Part shown: positions 17,786-27,159 of the stretch, piece by piece
Position numbering within the stretch: the stretch's first letter is position 1
Layout: the number at the start of each line of letters is the position of its first letter
NCBI GenBank assembly: GCA_002433065.1
Contig: DJHK01000005.1
Coordinates: 723 to 64,722 of the forward strand
Length of the DNA stretch: 64,000 nt
Direction: 5' to 3'
Source of the DNA: Chloroflexi bacterium UBA6622
Lineage (GTDB): Bacteria > Chloroflexota > UBA11872
The notes under the pieces: generated by a model
What the model saw: only the letters and a program-made list of their open reading frames with translations
Database searches by the model: none
What the model was told of the DNA's origin: nothing
Made by a program: the position numbers and the translations under genes

Positions 17786-18124
17786 ATGTTAATGGCGCAA
17801 CCTGAAGCTGTTAGTGATGCAGAATTCCAGTCAAAAGTTATTGAATCCGCCACGCCGGTACTAGTTGATTTCTGGGCGGAATGGTGTGGGCCATGCAAGA
17901 TGATCGCTCCTGTCGTCGATAAGCTTGCAGAGCAATATGACGGGAGAGTTCTATTTGCAAAAGTCGATGTGGACGCCAACCCAACAACCCCGGGGAGTTT
18001 TGGCATTAGGGGCATTCCGACTTTGCTGGTTTTTGACGGTGGGAAGGAAGTTGATCGCATCGTAGGTTTTACGTCGGAGCAGGACATCTCCTCGAAACTT
18101 GACGCAGTGTTATCAGGTGCATAG
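17786..18124 (+). CDS. trxA: Thioredoxin
   Basis: 112 aa. Active site 'WAEWCGPCK' and 'GIRGIPTLLVF'. An AGGAG RBS lies upstream. Confidence 0.95.
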   Translation: MLMAQPEAVSDAEFQSKVIESATPVLVDFWAEWCGPCKMIAPVVDKLAEQYDGRVLFAKVDVDANPTTPGSFGIRGIPTLLVFDGGKEVDRIVGFTSEQDISSKLDAVLSGA

Positions 18125-18228
18125 CCAACGATCCTGTATATCGCGCGATATGGTGATTAATGGTGGTGACTGTATTAGGGTTCATGCACCGCTATCAGGC
18201 CTGCATTATGAGCACATGGTGAATCGTC

Positions 18229-20076
18229 TTACTTAGGAGGCAGATATCTCGTGCCGCCTAACTCTTCCCGCGCTTCATGGATAGCGAGGATTTGGTGGTG
18301 TAGTTCTTGTACTCGTTGGCGAAGACTGGGGTCATCGGCTGCGGCGAGTATGGTTTCTTCGATCTCCTCGTTTAGCCGTCGCAACCGCAGCTGCAACGTT
18401 GTGTATTGCAAGCCAGTGCCGAGCTCCTGCGATGTTATGGACGGAAGCAGACTGGCCTGCGTTCGAAGCTTTTGAAGTCGATCCTGGACTGCAGGGTTGA
18501 GTCCTTCTTCAATGCGAGACCAATCTATGTTTTTCATATCCTGAATCTCCGCGATGATCGCTGTCAGTATGTGGCGGTCCAGCGGATTCCGAATGTTGGT
18601 CGGGTCGATCCCGCCGATGAGGGCAGCGGTTTGAGCGTCTCCACGTACAACGTATTCCAACAGGCCTTCCTCGAGCGGGTCCGATGTTTCAGCTGCCGCT
18701 TGGGGTGGAGGTCTTGTTTGAGAAGCGCGGGGCGACCCGCGACGTCCGTCCCGAGCTGCAAGCTGTCGGAGTTCATCGCTTGGGACGCCACTTAGATCAG
18801 ATAGACGATCAAAATAATGTGAGCGGACCACCGCATCCCCAACCTCTGCCACGATGGGGAGAAGCTCGTGCATAGCCGCGCGACGACCAACTAGCGAATC
18901 TAGATCATGGTCTTGGCCAGCCCACTGAAAGGCAAAGTCGGCCAGGGGAGTCGGTGCATCGATCTTCTCCCTCCATCTTCTGGGAGCATTGCGTATCAGG
19001 CTGTCAGGATCCTCACCTGGTGGAAGTTGGGCGATAGCAATATCCGTGTTCAAGAGGTCCTCATGTCGGACCAGGCCACGGACATCAATGGTTGTACCTG
19101 TCGTGTACTCGCCAGCCTCACGGAGTACATCGAGTCCTCGGCGTGAGGCTGTAGCTCCTGCGGTATCAGCATCAAGGGCGATAACGACTTTCTTGGCTCC
19201 TGACGTCAAGAGGCTGCGGGCTTGTTGGAGGGTTAGGGATGTACCCATCGAGGCGACCGTGTTAGTAAATCCTGCTTGGTGAGCTGCAATTGCATCCATA
19301 TAGCCTTCGACTATTACTGCGGTTCCTAGTTCACGAACTGTTTCTCGGGCCAAGTGAAAACCGTAAAGATGATGCCCTTTAGTGAAAACCTCAGAATCTC
19401 GTGTGTTTAGATATTTAGGCTCAATATCACGCAGTGTGCGACCTCCAAATCCAACTACAGATCCCGATGAATCCCATATTGGGAAAGTCAGTCGCTCAGA
19501 AAGGTAAGCATATTTGCCACGTTCATTCGATGTTAGGAGGCCGGCCGATTCAATTACGGGCTCGTCGAACCCAAGCTGTTGCAGGTGGGTAAGGAGCGGT
19601 GAGCCTCTGGATACCGCGTAGCCAAGCTGGAACTGTTTTACAGTTGCAGCTGTTATTCCGCGATCGCGAACGTATTTGCGTGGCCTAGCGGCAGCTGGGG
19701 AGTTCAATAATTGTTCGTGTAGAAATTGTGCCGCCTCATGCAGTACAGCACGAATGGCTTGTCGACGTTCGCGGGCTTCCGGGTTGGGCTGGTTGTGCCC
19801 AATGTCCACTCCGGCTTCTCGTGCCAATTCCTGGAGCGCATCGGGAAATTCCACCCCATCCCGGCGCATAACGTATGTGAAGATGTCCCCACCTTCCCCA
19901 CAGCCAAAACACTTGAAGTTGCCGCGGTCCGTAAAAACATGGAAGGAAGGTGTTTTCTCGGCATGGAAAGGGCATAGCCCTTTCCAATTTTTCCCTGCTC
20001 GCTGTAGTCGAAGGTCTCGTCCAATGATCTCGACGGGGTCGAGCCTAGCTTTTATCTCCTCGACTGGTGTCGGCAT
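18229..20076 (-). CDS. dnaG: DNA primase
   Basis: 615 aa. Zinc ribbon 'CPFHAEKTPSFHV...FKCFGCGEGGDIFTYV', TOPRIM 'VIVEGYMD' and 'ALDADTAG'. Confidence 0.92.
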   Translation of the reverse strand: MPTPVEEIKARLDPVEIIGRDLRLQRAGKNWKGLCPFHAEKTPSFHVFTDRGNFKCFGCGEGGDIFTYVMRRDGVEFPDALQELAREAGVDIGHNQPNPEARERRQAIRAVLHEAAQFLHEQLLNSPAAARPRKYVRDRGITAATVKQFQLGYAVSRGSPLLTHLQQLGFDEPVIESAGLLTSNERGKYAYLSERLTFPIWDSSGSVVGFGGRTLRDIEPKYLNTRDSEVFTKGHHLYGFHLARETVRELGTAVIVEGYMDAIAAHQAGFTNTVASMGTSLTLQQARSLLTSGAKKVVIALDADTAGATASRRGLDVLREAGEYTTGTTIDVRGLVRHEDLLNTDIAIAQLPPGEDPDSLIRNAPRRWREKIDAPTPLADFAFQWAGQDHDLDSLVGRRAAMHELLPIVAEVGDAVVRSHYFDRLSDLSGVPSDELRQLAARDGRRGSPRASQTRPPPQAAAETSDPLEEGLLEYVVRGDAQTAALIGGIDPTNIRNPLDRHILTAIIAEIQDMKNIDWSRIEEGLNPAVQDRLQKLRTQASLLPSITSQELGTGLQYTTLQLRLRRLNEEIEETILAAADDPSLRQRVQELHHQILAIHEAREELGGTRYLPPK

Positions 20077-20120
20077 GGGTGCGTCGTCGTAGCGTCCTAA
20101 TCGCTGTAGTGGTGCTTATG

Positions 20121-22775
20121 CTACCGGTCACGAAATTCTTGTTCGAGTCGTGCGTGGGCGGCGGCGATTCTTGAGACCGGGACGCGATACGGAGAAGCAC
20201 TGACGTAATCCAACCCGATCAATTCACAGAACTCAATCGATGAGGGGTCACCACCGTGCTCTCCACAGATCCCAATCTCAATATCGTTACGGGCAGCACG
20301 GCCTGCGCGGGCAGCAATTTCCATCAAAGCTCCAACACCAGTCCGATCTAGGACCTGAAACGGGTTTTCAGCAAGGATCCCATCTTCGACATAGCGGAGC
20401 AGGAAGCGGCCCTCCGCGTCATCGCGACTGATGCCGAAGGTTGTCTGGGTCAGGTCGTTGGTTCCAAAGCTCAAAAACTCAGCAGTTTCGGAAATCTCTC
20501 CAGCGGTTAGACAAGCCCGTGGCACTTCCATCATTGTCCCGAACTTGAATTCTATTTCGTCACCAGCGTCTCGCTGCACTGCGGCAGCTGTTTCTCGCAG
20601 GCCGGATTCGATGGTTTTTAGTTCCGCAATGTGACTTACAAGAGGAATCATAATTTCCGGTCTAGCTCGAACGCCTTCGGACTTCAGTTGTAATGCGGCC
20701 TCAATAATTGCTCGGACTTGCATTTCGTAGACCTCGGGATAAATAAGGCCGAGCCGACAACCACGAAGCCCAAGCATTGGGTTGGCTTCGTGTAGTTCAT
20801 TAGCTCGGGTTACCTTCCGTTTGGCCAAGGCGAGATCCTCTGCATTGGCATCACGAGCTTCAAGTTCGGCTAACTCGTTCTCCACGCCAGCTAGGAATTC
20901 GTGAAGCGGTGGGTCGAGTAACCGAATGACCACCGGAAGATCATGCATGGCTTTGAGGATTCCATAAAAGTCGTCGCGTTGGATTGGAAGAAGCTGGGCA
21001 AGTGATTTACGACGGTCCTGTTCTGTTTCGGCCAAAATCATGTCCTGGACGATTGGAAGCCGGTCGCCCTCACGGAACATGTGTTCTGTACGACAAAGGC
21101 CAATGCCTTGGGCTCCATAGGACCTTGCTAATTCAGCCTCCACAGGAGTGTCGGCGTTCGCCCAAGTCTCGAGTCGGCGAATGTCATCGGCCCACTCGAG
21201 AAGTTGTTCAAGTTCCGGGGTGACTTCACCAGGGATCAGTGGTACCTCTCCGAGCATCACGTTGCCAGTGGACCCATCGACAGTAAGAATGTCGCCATCA
21301 GAGACCTCGAGGCCATCTATTAGGAATATGCCAGCGCTGACGTCGATGTCCAGACTTTCGCAGCCGACAACCGCAGGTAACCCGAGTTGACGGGCAACGA
21401 TTGCGGCGTGGCTTGTTGCTCCACCGCGGGACGTCAAAATGGCCTGAGATGCAGCCATGCCATGGAAATCATCGGGAGATGTTTCGGGTCGGACCAGGAT
21501 AACGGCATCCCCGTTCTCCGCACGGGTGGCAGCTGTATCGGCTGTGAAGGCCACCCTCCCACTTGCTGCACCTGGTGAGGCGTTAAGGCCTTGAGCAATG
21601 GGGTTGATTTGTTCTGTCCCGTCGATCCGCGGATGCAGCATGGCATCAACCTGTGTGGCTTCAACACGCTTAACTGCGGTTTCCTTTGTGATCTTGCCTT
21701 CATTCACGAGATCAACGGCAATTCGGATTGCCGCTGCCGGGCTCCGTTTGCCAGCTCTTGTTTGTAGCATGAACAGCTGGCCATCCTCGATCGTGAATTC
21801 GAGGTCCTGCATCTCCGTGTAGTGCCCCTCGAGTTTTTCAGCGTACGCTTGAAATTCCTCGTAGACGGAGGGCATGGCTTCCTGGAGGGTGCTAATTGGC
21901 TGGGGTGTTCGAACGCCAGCCACGACATCTTCTCCCTGAGCATTGAGTAGATATTCGCCGTATAGCACTGGGTTGCCGTCATTCGGGTCCCTTGTAAAGG
22001 CGACGCCGGTTCCGGAGCGTCCGCCCATGTTGCCGAAGACCATTGTTTGCACGTTGCACGCGGTGCCCCAATCGTGCGGAAGTCGGTGGAAGTTGCGGTA
22101 GTCAATGGCTCGTTTTCCATTCCACGACTTAAAGACAGCTTGAACGGCTCGGGTAAGCTGTTCTCGAGGGTCGTCAGGAAAAACCTCACCGCTTTCACGT
22201 TTGATGATCTCTTTAAATTGGGCGGTGACGGTTTCCCAGTCTTCTGCGGTTAACTCCGGGTCCTCAGCCTTCTGGACAGCTTCTTTGTGAGCTTCGATCA
22301 CTGCTTCGAAGGCCCGGCTATCGATTCCAAGGACGATTGCCCCAAACCCTTGCACGAATCTTCGGTAGGCATCGTTGCTAAAGCGTGCATCACCGGTTCG
22401 TTTGGTCAATCCCGCTATTGTTTGAGTATTGAGACCCAGATTAAGGACAGTGTCCATCATGCCGGGCATTGATACGCGAGCTCCGGAACGTACGGAGACC
22501 AACAAGGGATTGTCGCTACTCCCAAAACTCTTTCCGGTCTGTGACTCTACGTCGATTAATGCGGCATCAATTTGGCTCTGCAAATCTTCTGGGAAAGATT
22601 CATTACCTTCGAAGTAAGCGAGACAAGCTTCTGTGGTAATCGTAAAACCTGGAGGCACCGGCATTCCTGCCTTGGTCATTTCTGCAGAGCCAGCACCTTT
22701 GCCCCCAAGCAGGTTCCGCATTGAATCATCGCCATCGCGAAACGCATAGACCCACTTATGGTCGCTAGATGTCAT
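20121..22775 (-). CDS. ppdK: Pyruvate, phosphate dikinase
   Basis: 884 aa from the ATG at 22775 ('MTSSDHKWVYAF..GGKGAGSAEM'). Phospho-His loop 'GGATSHAAIVARQLG', 'GLCRTEHMF' and 'SFGTNDLTQ'. The track ORF's extra 37 N-terminal codons look non-coding. Confidence 0.92.
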   Translation of the reverse strand: MTSSDHKWVYAFRDGDDSMRNLLGGKGAGSAEMTKAGMPVPPGFTITTEACLAYFEGNESFPEDLQSQIDAALIDVESQTGKSFGSSDNPLLVSVRSGARVSMPGMMDTVLNLGLNTQTIAGLTKRTGDARFSNDAYRRFVQGFGAIVLGIDSRAFEAVIEAHKEAVQKAEDPELTAEDWETVTAQFKEIIKRESGEVFPDDPREQLTRAVQAVFKSWNGKRAIDYRNFHRLPHDWGTACNVQTMVFGNMGGRSGTGVAFTRDPNDGNPVLYGEYLLNAQGEDVVAGVRTPQPISTLQEAMPSVYEEFQAYAEKLEGHYTEMQDLEFTIEDGQLFMLQTRAGKRSPAAAIRIAVDLVNEGKITKETAVKRVEATQVDAMLHPRIDGTEQINPIAQGLNASPGAASGRVAFTADTAATRAENGDAVILVRPETSPDDFHGMAASQAILTSRGGATSHAAIVARQLGLPAVVGCESLDIDVSAGIFLIDGLEVSDGDILTVDGSTGNVMLGEVPLIPGEVTPELEQLLEWADDIRRLETWANADTPVEAELARSYGAQGIGLCRTEHMFREGDRLPIVQDMILAETEQDRRKSLAQLLPIQRDDFYGILKAMHDLPVVIRLLDPPLHEFLAGVENELAELEARDANAEDLALAKRKVTRANELHEANPMLGLRGCRLGLIYPEVYEMQVRAIIEAALQLKSEGVRARPEIMIPLVSHIAELKTIESGLRETAAAVQRDAGDEIEFKFGTMMEVPRACLTAGEISETAEFLSFGTNDLTQTTFGISRDDAEGRFLLRYVEDGILAENPFQVLDRTGVGALMEIAARAGRAARNDIEIGICGEHGGDPSSIEFCELIGLDYVSASPYRVPVSRIAAAHARLEQEFRDR

Positions 22776-22887
22776 ATACAGCTTCTCCGAAGTTAAGGAT
22801 AGTAAGGGTGGTGCCCATGAACGACTGTAACATCGCAATTGGCTGTGTTCGGTGGCAATTTGTGGATGAGGGGGAGTTATTTTCAAG

Positions 22888-24039
22888 CTGAGTCTTGCTC
22901 AACGTTGGGTTGCGACGGTTGCATTAGGCCACTTCGCCGTTGATTTCACTGCAATGTTGCCAACCATGATGTATCCATTTTTAGCAAGCCGACTGGGTTT
23001 GTCGCTGGGTTTAATCGGAGTCGCTTCTTTCGTCTGGGCTACAGCCTCATCCACATGTCAGCCATTATTTGGCTATCTAGGTGATCGTTTGGGTCGACGA
23101 TGGCTTGCTGCAGGAACAATAGCCTCGATGGCGGTTCTGGTTGCATTAATCCCAAAGGTTCAGGGCTTTGGCCAGTTGGTAGTCCTTCTCGCTATTGCCG
23201 GAATAGCCGTTGGCGCGTTTCATCCACAGGGCGGCGCAATTGCCAATGAGGCAAGTCGTGCCAACAAGGGGACCAATGTGGCCACCTTCTTTCTGGGCGG
23301 ACATCTTGGTTTTACTGTGGCACCGCTGGTCGCCGGTGCTGTATTAGCGTCTTCAGGTTTGGAATATATGTCCTTCTTGGTAATTCCAGCTCTCTTGATT
23401 GCGTTAATGCTGCCGTTTGGGCTTAAGGGTGTTGAACGTGTACATCAGTCACCAGCTGTCGATTCATCCGATGAGGTTTCGGCTCTTGGGTTGGCGATTG
23501 CCGCAATTCTGGTGGTTGCCTTAATACGGGGTTGGGCGTACGCAAGCCTCAATATCTTTATTCCACTATTTGTCTCGCCCGGTAATCCAGACCCGACGCT
23601 TTTCGGTTCTATGCTTTCAGTTTTTCTTGCCTTTCATGCTGCGGGTGCTTTCAGCGGTGGTGTGATGGCTGATCGGTTTGGGTTGCGGTTGATGGTGGGA
23701 GCTTCGTCTGCTCTGATCATTCCGACTATCTCGGGTTTCGCGCTTCTACCGGTTGGATGGTTGTCATATGTGTTTATTGGGGCGACTGGAGCTCTGATTG
23801 GGGCAGGTTTTACACCAACGGTGCTGTTAATGCAGCGGCTTGTTCCGAAACGCATGGGGGCAGGGACAGGGATCGTGCTGGGCGTATCATTTGGAGCGGG
23901 TGCGATCGGGAATCTGATAACTGGATTTGTTGGTGAACTGGCTGGCCTCAATATTGCGTTTCTACTTTTGGCAGTCGTGCAGGTATTCGTGCTGTTAGCT
24001 CTACGATGGATTCCTGGTCGCAACCCTAGCGGACCGTAA
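22888..24039 (+). CDS. MFS transporter (start codon uncertain; possibly CTG at 22888)
   Basis: Multi-span hydrophobic protein with the MFS loop 'GDRLGRR'. The in-frame sequence upstream of the first ATG (22954) reads '..LSLAQRWVATVALGHFAVDFTA', which looks like TM1. No ATG/GTG/TTG occurs before the in-frame stop at 22867. Confidence 0.7.
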   Translation: MSLAQRWVATVALGHFAVDFTAMLPTMMYPFLASRLGLSLGLIGVASFVWATASSTCQPLFGYLGDRLGRRWLAAGTIASMAVLVALIPKVQGFGQLVVLLAIAGIAVGAFHPQGGAIANEASRANKGTNVATFFLGGHLGFTVAPLVAGAVLASSGLEYMSFLVIPALLIALMLPFGLKGVERVHQSPAVDSSDEVSALGLAIAAILVVALIRGWAYASLNIFIPLFVSPGNPDPTLFGSMLSVFLAFHAAGAFSGGVMADRFGLRLMVGASSALIIPTISGFALLPVGWLSYVFIGATGALIGAGFTPTVLLMQRLVPKRMGAGTGIVLGVSFGAGAIGNLITGFVGELAGLNIAFLLLAVVQVFVLLALRWIPGRNPSGP

Positions 24040-24095
24040 ATAGGTTGAGCCCTCCGCCTGGTGGCTTCTGTTGAACTTCTTGATGGGAGGACTGT

Positions 24096-25469
24096 ATGAA
24101 ACAACTTGAAAAGCTCAGGGTGATGAACGTACAGCTAGCGGAAAGTGAGCTTGGCCTGGCCCGTGCGACGTTGGTTCACGAGATTGTGCAGCGGGAAGAA
24201 GAAGGTTGTGAGGTTATGGAAATTCGGGAGGTGCTGGAGAAAAAAGATGTTACGAGTCTTACCGATGTTGAAACTCAAAACTTACTAGACACTCTGGCAC
24301 GATTGCCTGTTCGTGACGGGTTTGGCTACGTCGAGCCCAGCGATCTTCGAGGGATCCGTAAGGCTCGCGCTGAATCGACCGGCCTTCCTGAATTTGAAAC
24401 GTCATCATATGAAAGTCGATTAACCGGGGCATGGTTCGGCCGGTGTGCGGGATGTTGCCTTGGAAAGCCCGTGGAGGGTTGGTCTCATGGCCAGATCCGT
24501 GAGTACCTGGATGCCATCGACGTTGGTGGTTTGCGAGCGTATGTGCCGGTGGTTGAGCCTAACCCGGTTGAAGGCAAAAGCTGGCATCACTCGGCTGGTG
24601 AGTCAACGCGCGGAAATATTGATGGGATGCCACGCGATGATGACATCGATTACATGATCTTGGCTCTTGAGGTTCTCGAGCAATATGGGCCAGATGCTAG
24701 GACCGCTGATTACGGATCGATGTGGTTGGATAGATTGCCGTATGCACGTGTTTACACGGCTGAGCGCGCGGCTTATCGAAATCTAATATTGGGTTATTCT
24801 GCGGCTGAAGCGGCTCTGCACAATAATCCGTACAGGGAGTGGATTGGCGCCCAAATCCGTGCCGATGTTCTCGGCTACGTGGTTCCCGGTCGTCCGGAAG
24901 CTGCTGCGCGACTGGCGTACGAGGATGCGGCTTTGTCGCATGTGAAGAATGGTGTATATGGCGAAATGTGGGCGGCAGCTACGATCTCTGCGGCGTTTCT
25001 TTTTGATCATCCTGCCGATGCGATTCGGGCTGGTCTTTCGCAAATTCCGTCTAGGAGTCGGTTGTATGAGGCAATTGAAAATACGCTGAGTTGGACCACC
25101 TCCCTTCCAACGTGGCAGGAGGCATACGCGAAGATTCAGGCTGCTTACGGGCACTATCACTTTGTGCACACCATAAACAACGCGTGTTTCGTGGTTCTGG
25201 GTTTGATGTACGGTCATCCCAGCTTTTCAGATACGATCGGTATTGCGGTTGAATGTGGTGAAGACACTGACTGCAATGGTGCTACAGCGGGATCTGTTTT
25301 TGGGGCGTTGCATGGAGAGCATTCGATTCCGGCCGAATGGACACTCCCTCTTGGCGATCGGGTCCGAACGATCGTGCCGGGTCGATATGGACACGGGGAG
25401 TACCTCTCCATTACGGGTCTGGTGCAACGCACCTCGCTGCTTGCTCATGGAGCTTTCAGTGCTCTATAG
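24096..25469 (+). CDS. ADP-ribosylglycohydrolase family protein (long form)
   Basis: 457 aa. 'GAWFGRCAGCCLGKPVEG', 'DDDIDY' and the C-terminal 'GEDTDCNGATAGSVFGALHG' are typical ARH metal-binding motifs. Confidence 0.8.
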   Translation: MKQLEKLRVMNVQLAESELGLARATLVHEIVQREEEGCEVMEIREVLEKKDVTSLTDVETQNLLDTLARLPVRDGFGYVEPSDLRGIRKARAESTGLPEFETSSYESRLTGAWFGRCAGCCLGKPVEGWSHGQIREYLDAIDVGGLRAYVPVVEPNPVEGKSWHHSAGESTRGNIDGMPRDDDIDYMILALEVLEQYGPDARTADYGSMWLDRLPYARVYTAERAAYRNLILGYSAAEAALHNNPYREWIGAQIRADVLGYVVPGRPEAAARLAYEDAALSHVKNGVYGEMWAAATISAAFLFDHPADAIRAGLSQIPSRSRLYEAIENTLSWTTSLPTWQEAYAKIQAAYGHYHFVHTINNACFVVLGLMYGHPSFSDTIGIAVECGEDTDCNGATAGSVFGALHGEHSIPAEWTLPLGDRVRTIVPGRYGHGEYLSITGLVQRTSLLAHGAFSAL

Positions 25470-25477
25470 CGGAACCT

Positions 25478-26377
25478 TCAGGCTGTTTGCATCAAGGCGC
25501 GAATAGTTGGTGAATCTGGCATTGAAGGTTGAGCTCCATGACGTGTTACGGCTACAGCTCCTGCTGCTTGGCCGAATCGGAGCGCGTGCTCCGGGTTTTG
25601 CGTTTCCAGCAGCTCGGTGACAAATGCGCCGCAGAATGCGTCTCCTGCCCCAGTGGTATCAACGACTTTGACTGAGTACGCGGGTTGTTTGATCTTGTGC
25701 CCATCGATCTGCGCCACAAGGCCTTTTGCTCCCAACGTGACAATGCATCCGCGCCGCGTGCGCTGTGCAAGGGTTGTGGCTGCGTCCATAGCGCCCGCTT
25801 GGGTGCCGATGAGTTGTTTAGCTTCGATTTGGTTAACTACAAGAAGGTCGATGTCATCCATTGCGATGTTGGAGATTTGTTCGACGGGTGAGACGTTGAG
25901 AACGTGTAGCGCAGCACTGTTTCTGCGGCTAAATGCGGTTGCGATCACACTATCCGGAATCTCTCGCTGGCACAGGATTGCCTGGGGTGCGAGCTGAGCA
26001 ACCGCGTCCGCAACGTTGCCAGGTTCAATCGCGGCGTTGGCGCCTTCCGCGAGGGCTATGGAATTGGATCCATTTGTGTCAACCGTAATAACGGCCGTTC
26101 CTGTGTGAGTCGATGTGATACGGCTGACATATCGAGTGTCCACATTATGAGCTTTGAGACTGGCCAGTAGTTCAGAGCCTGCCGTATCCATGCCGACGGA
26201 TCCGATCATGCTTACTTCCGCTCCGGCCAAAGATGCTGCAACGGCCTGATTGGCTCCTTTTCCTCCTGGATGATGGGCGATAGTTCCATGGTGAATGGTC
26301 TCGCCAACCTGTGGGATGCGTGGCACCCGGATCACAATGTCGAGGTTAATGCTTCCAACGACAGCGATGCTGTTCAT
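25478..26377 (-). CDS. rbsK: Ribokinase / PfkB-family sugar kinase
   Basis: 299 aa. 'VVGSINLDI', 'GGKGANQAVA' and 'DTTGAGDAFCGAF' (PfkB signature 2). Confidence 0.8.
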   Translation of the reverse strand: MNSIAVVGSINLDIVIRVPRIPQVGETIHHGTIAHHPGGKGANQAVAASLAGAEVSMIGSVGMDTAGSELLASLKAHNVDTRYVSRITSTHTGTAVITVDTNGSNSIALAEGANAAIEPGNVADAVAQLAPQAILCQREIPDSVIATAFSRRNSAALHVLNVSPVEQISNIAMDDIDLLVVNQIEAKQLIGTQAGAMDAATTLAQRTRRGCIVTLGAKGLVAQIDGHKIKQPAYSVKVVDTTGAGDAFCGAFVTELLETQNPEHALRFGQAAGAVAVTRHGAQPSMPDSPTIRALMQTA

Positions 26378-27159
26378 CGTGGCATAGCTCTACTGCGGAT
26401 GGCTTCGAGCAATGCGTGCCATGCAAACAAGGGCAAGACGCGCATGCGACGCCAGCGCCAGGGGTCTTGATATAGCCGGTAGGCCCATTCAAGGCCGATT
26501 TGTTGAACAACTGCAGGGGCGCGACGTTTTCGGCCAGAAATATAGTCGAGTGCACCGCCGACACCTATGGCAACTGTTCCATTGACTTCATGAAGGTTTC
26601 GTGCGATCCACTTTTCTTGCAGCGGGGCACCATACGCAACCAACACGATGTGGGGTCGAAACCGACGAAGCATCTCTTGTGCTTCATGGTCACTGGTTTT
26701 GTCCGGGTTCCCAACGTAAGTGATAGGTGGCCTGAGATTCGGGTTTTTGCGTTGTAATTCAATCGATGCCTGGTCGGCAGTTCCCTCGCTACCTCCAACC
26801 AACATTAGGGTATATCCCCGTTTGGCAGCGATGGCGGCTAGGTCTTGAGCAAGATCAACACCGGCTACGCGTTCGGGCATAACGGAGCCGCGTAGACGGG
26901 CAGCGAGGACAATGCCTGTCCCATCGGCCACATTTAAGGCGGTGTGTTCAAGGATGTTTCGAAATTCATTGTCGTGTCGAGCTCGCATTGCGAATTCGGA
27001 ATTTACGGTTGCAACATGAGCACTGATGCCCGCTTCGATCCATGCAGTAATCCAGGCCACGGCCTGCGTACAAGTAACACCATGGATTCGAACATTTAGC
27101 ACGCGTGTTTCTACGTCGGCGAGCTGGGTTGGGCCTTTTCCAAGGGTGTTTTCAGTCAT
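26374..27159 (-). CDS. WecB/TagA/CpsF family glycosyltransferase (GT26)
   Basis: 261 aa. 'VAYGAPLQEKWI' and 'GVGGALDYISGRKRRAPAVVQQIGLEWAYRLYQDPWRWRRM' form the family's conserved C-terminal block. Confidence 0.85.
   Translation of the reverse strand: MTENTLGKGPTQLADVETRVLNVRIHGVTCTQAVAWITAWIEAGISAHVATVNSEFAMRARHDNEFRNILEHTALNVADGTGIVLAARLRGSVMPERVAGVDLAQDLAAIAAKRGYTLMLVGGSEGTADQASIELQRKNPNLRPPITYVGNPDKTSDHEAQEMLRRFRPHIVLVAYGAPLQEKWIARNLHEVNGTVAIGVGGALDYISGRKRRAPAVVQQIGLEWAYRLYQDPWRWRRMRVLPLFAWHALLEAIRSRAMPR

Noticed and set aside
22776-22886. A 37-codon N-terminal extension of ppdK in the ORF track.
   Set aside because: PPDK proteins begin close to the '..KWVY.F' motif, found here right after the ATG at 22775. 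The extension overlaps the probable 5' end of the divergent MFS gene.
24096-25469. The ADP-ribosylglycohydrolase considered as the antitoxin or eraser half of an ADP-ribosylation toxin/defence pair.
   Set aside because: No ART toxin, macro-domain or small partner ORF is adjacent. Its neighbours are a transporter and a sugar kinase, which favours a metabolic role.
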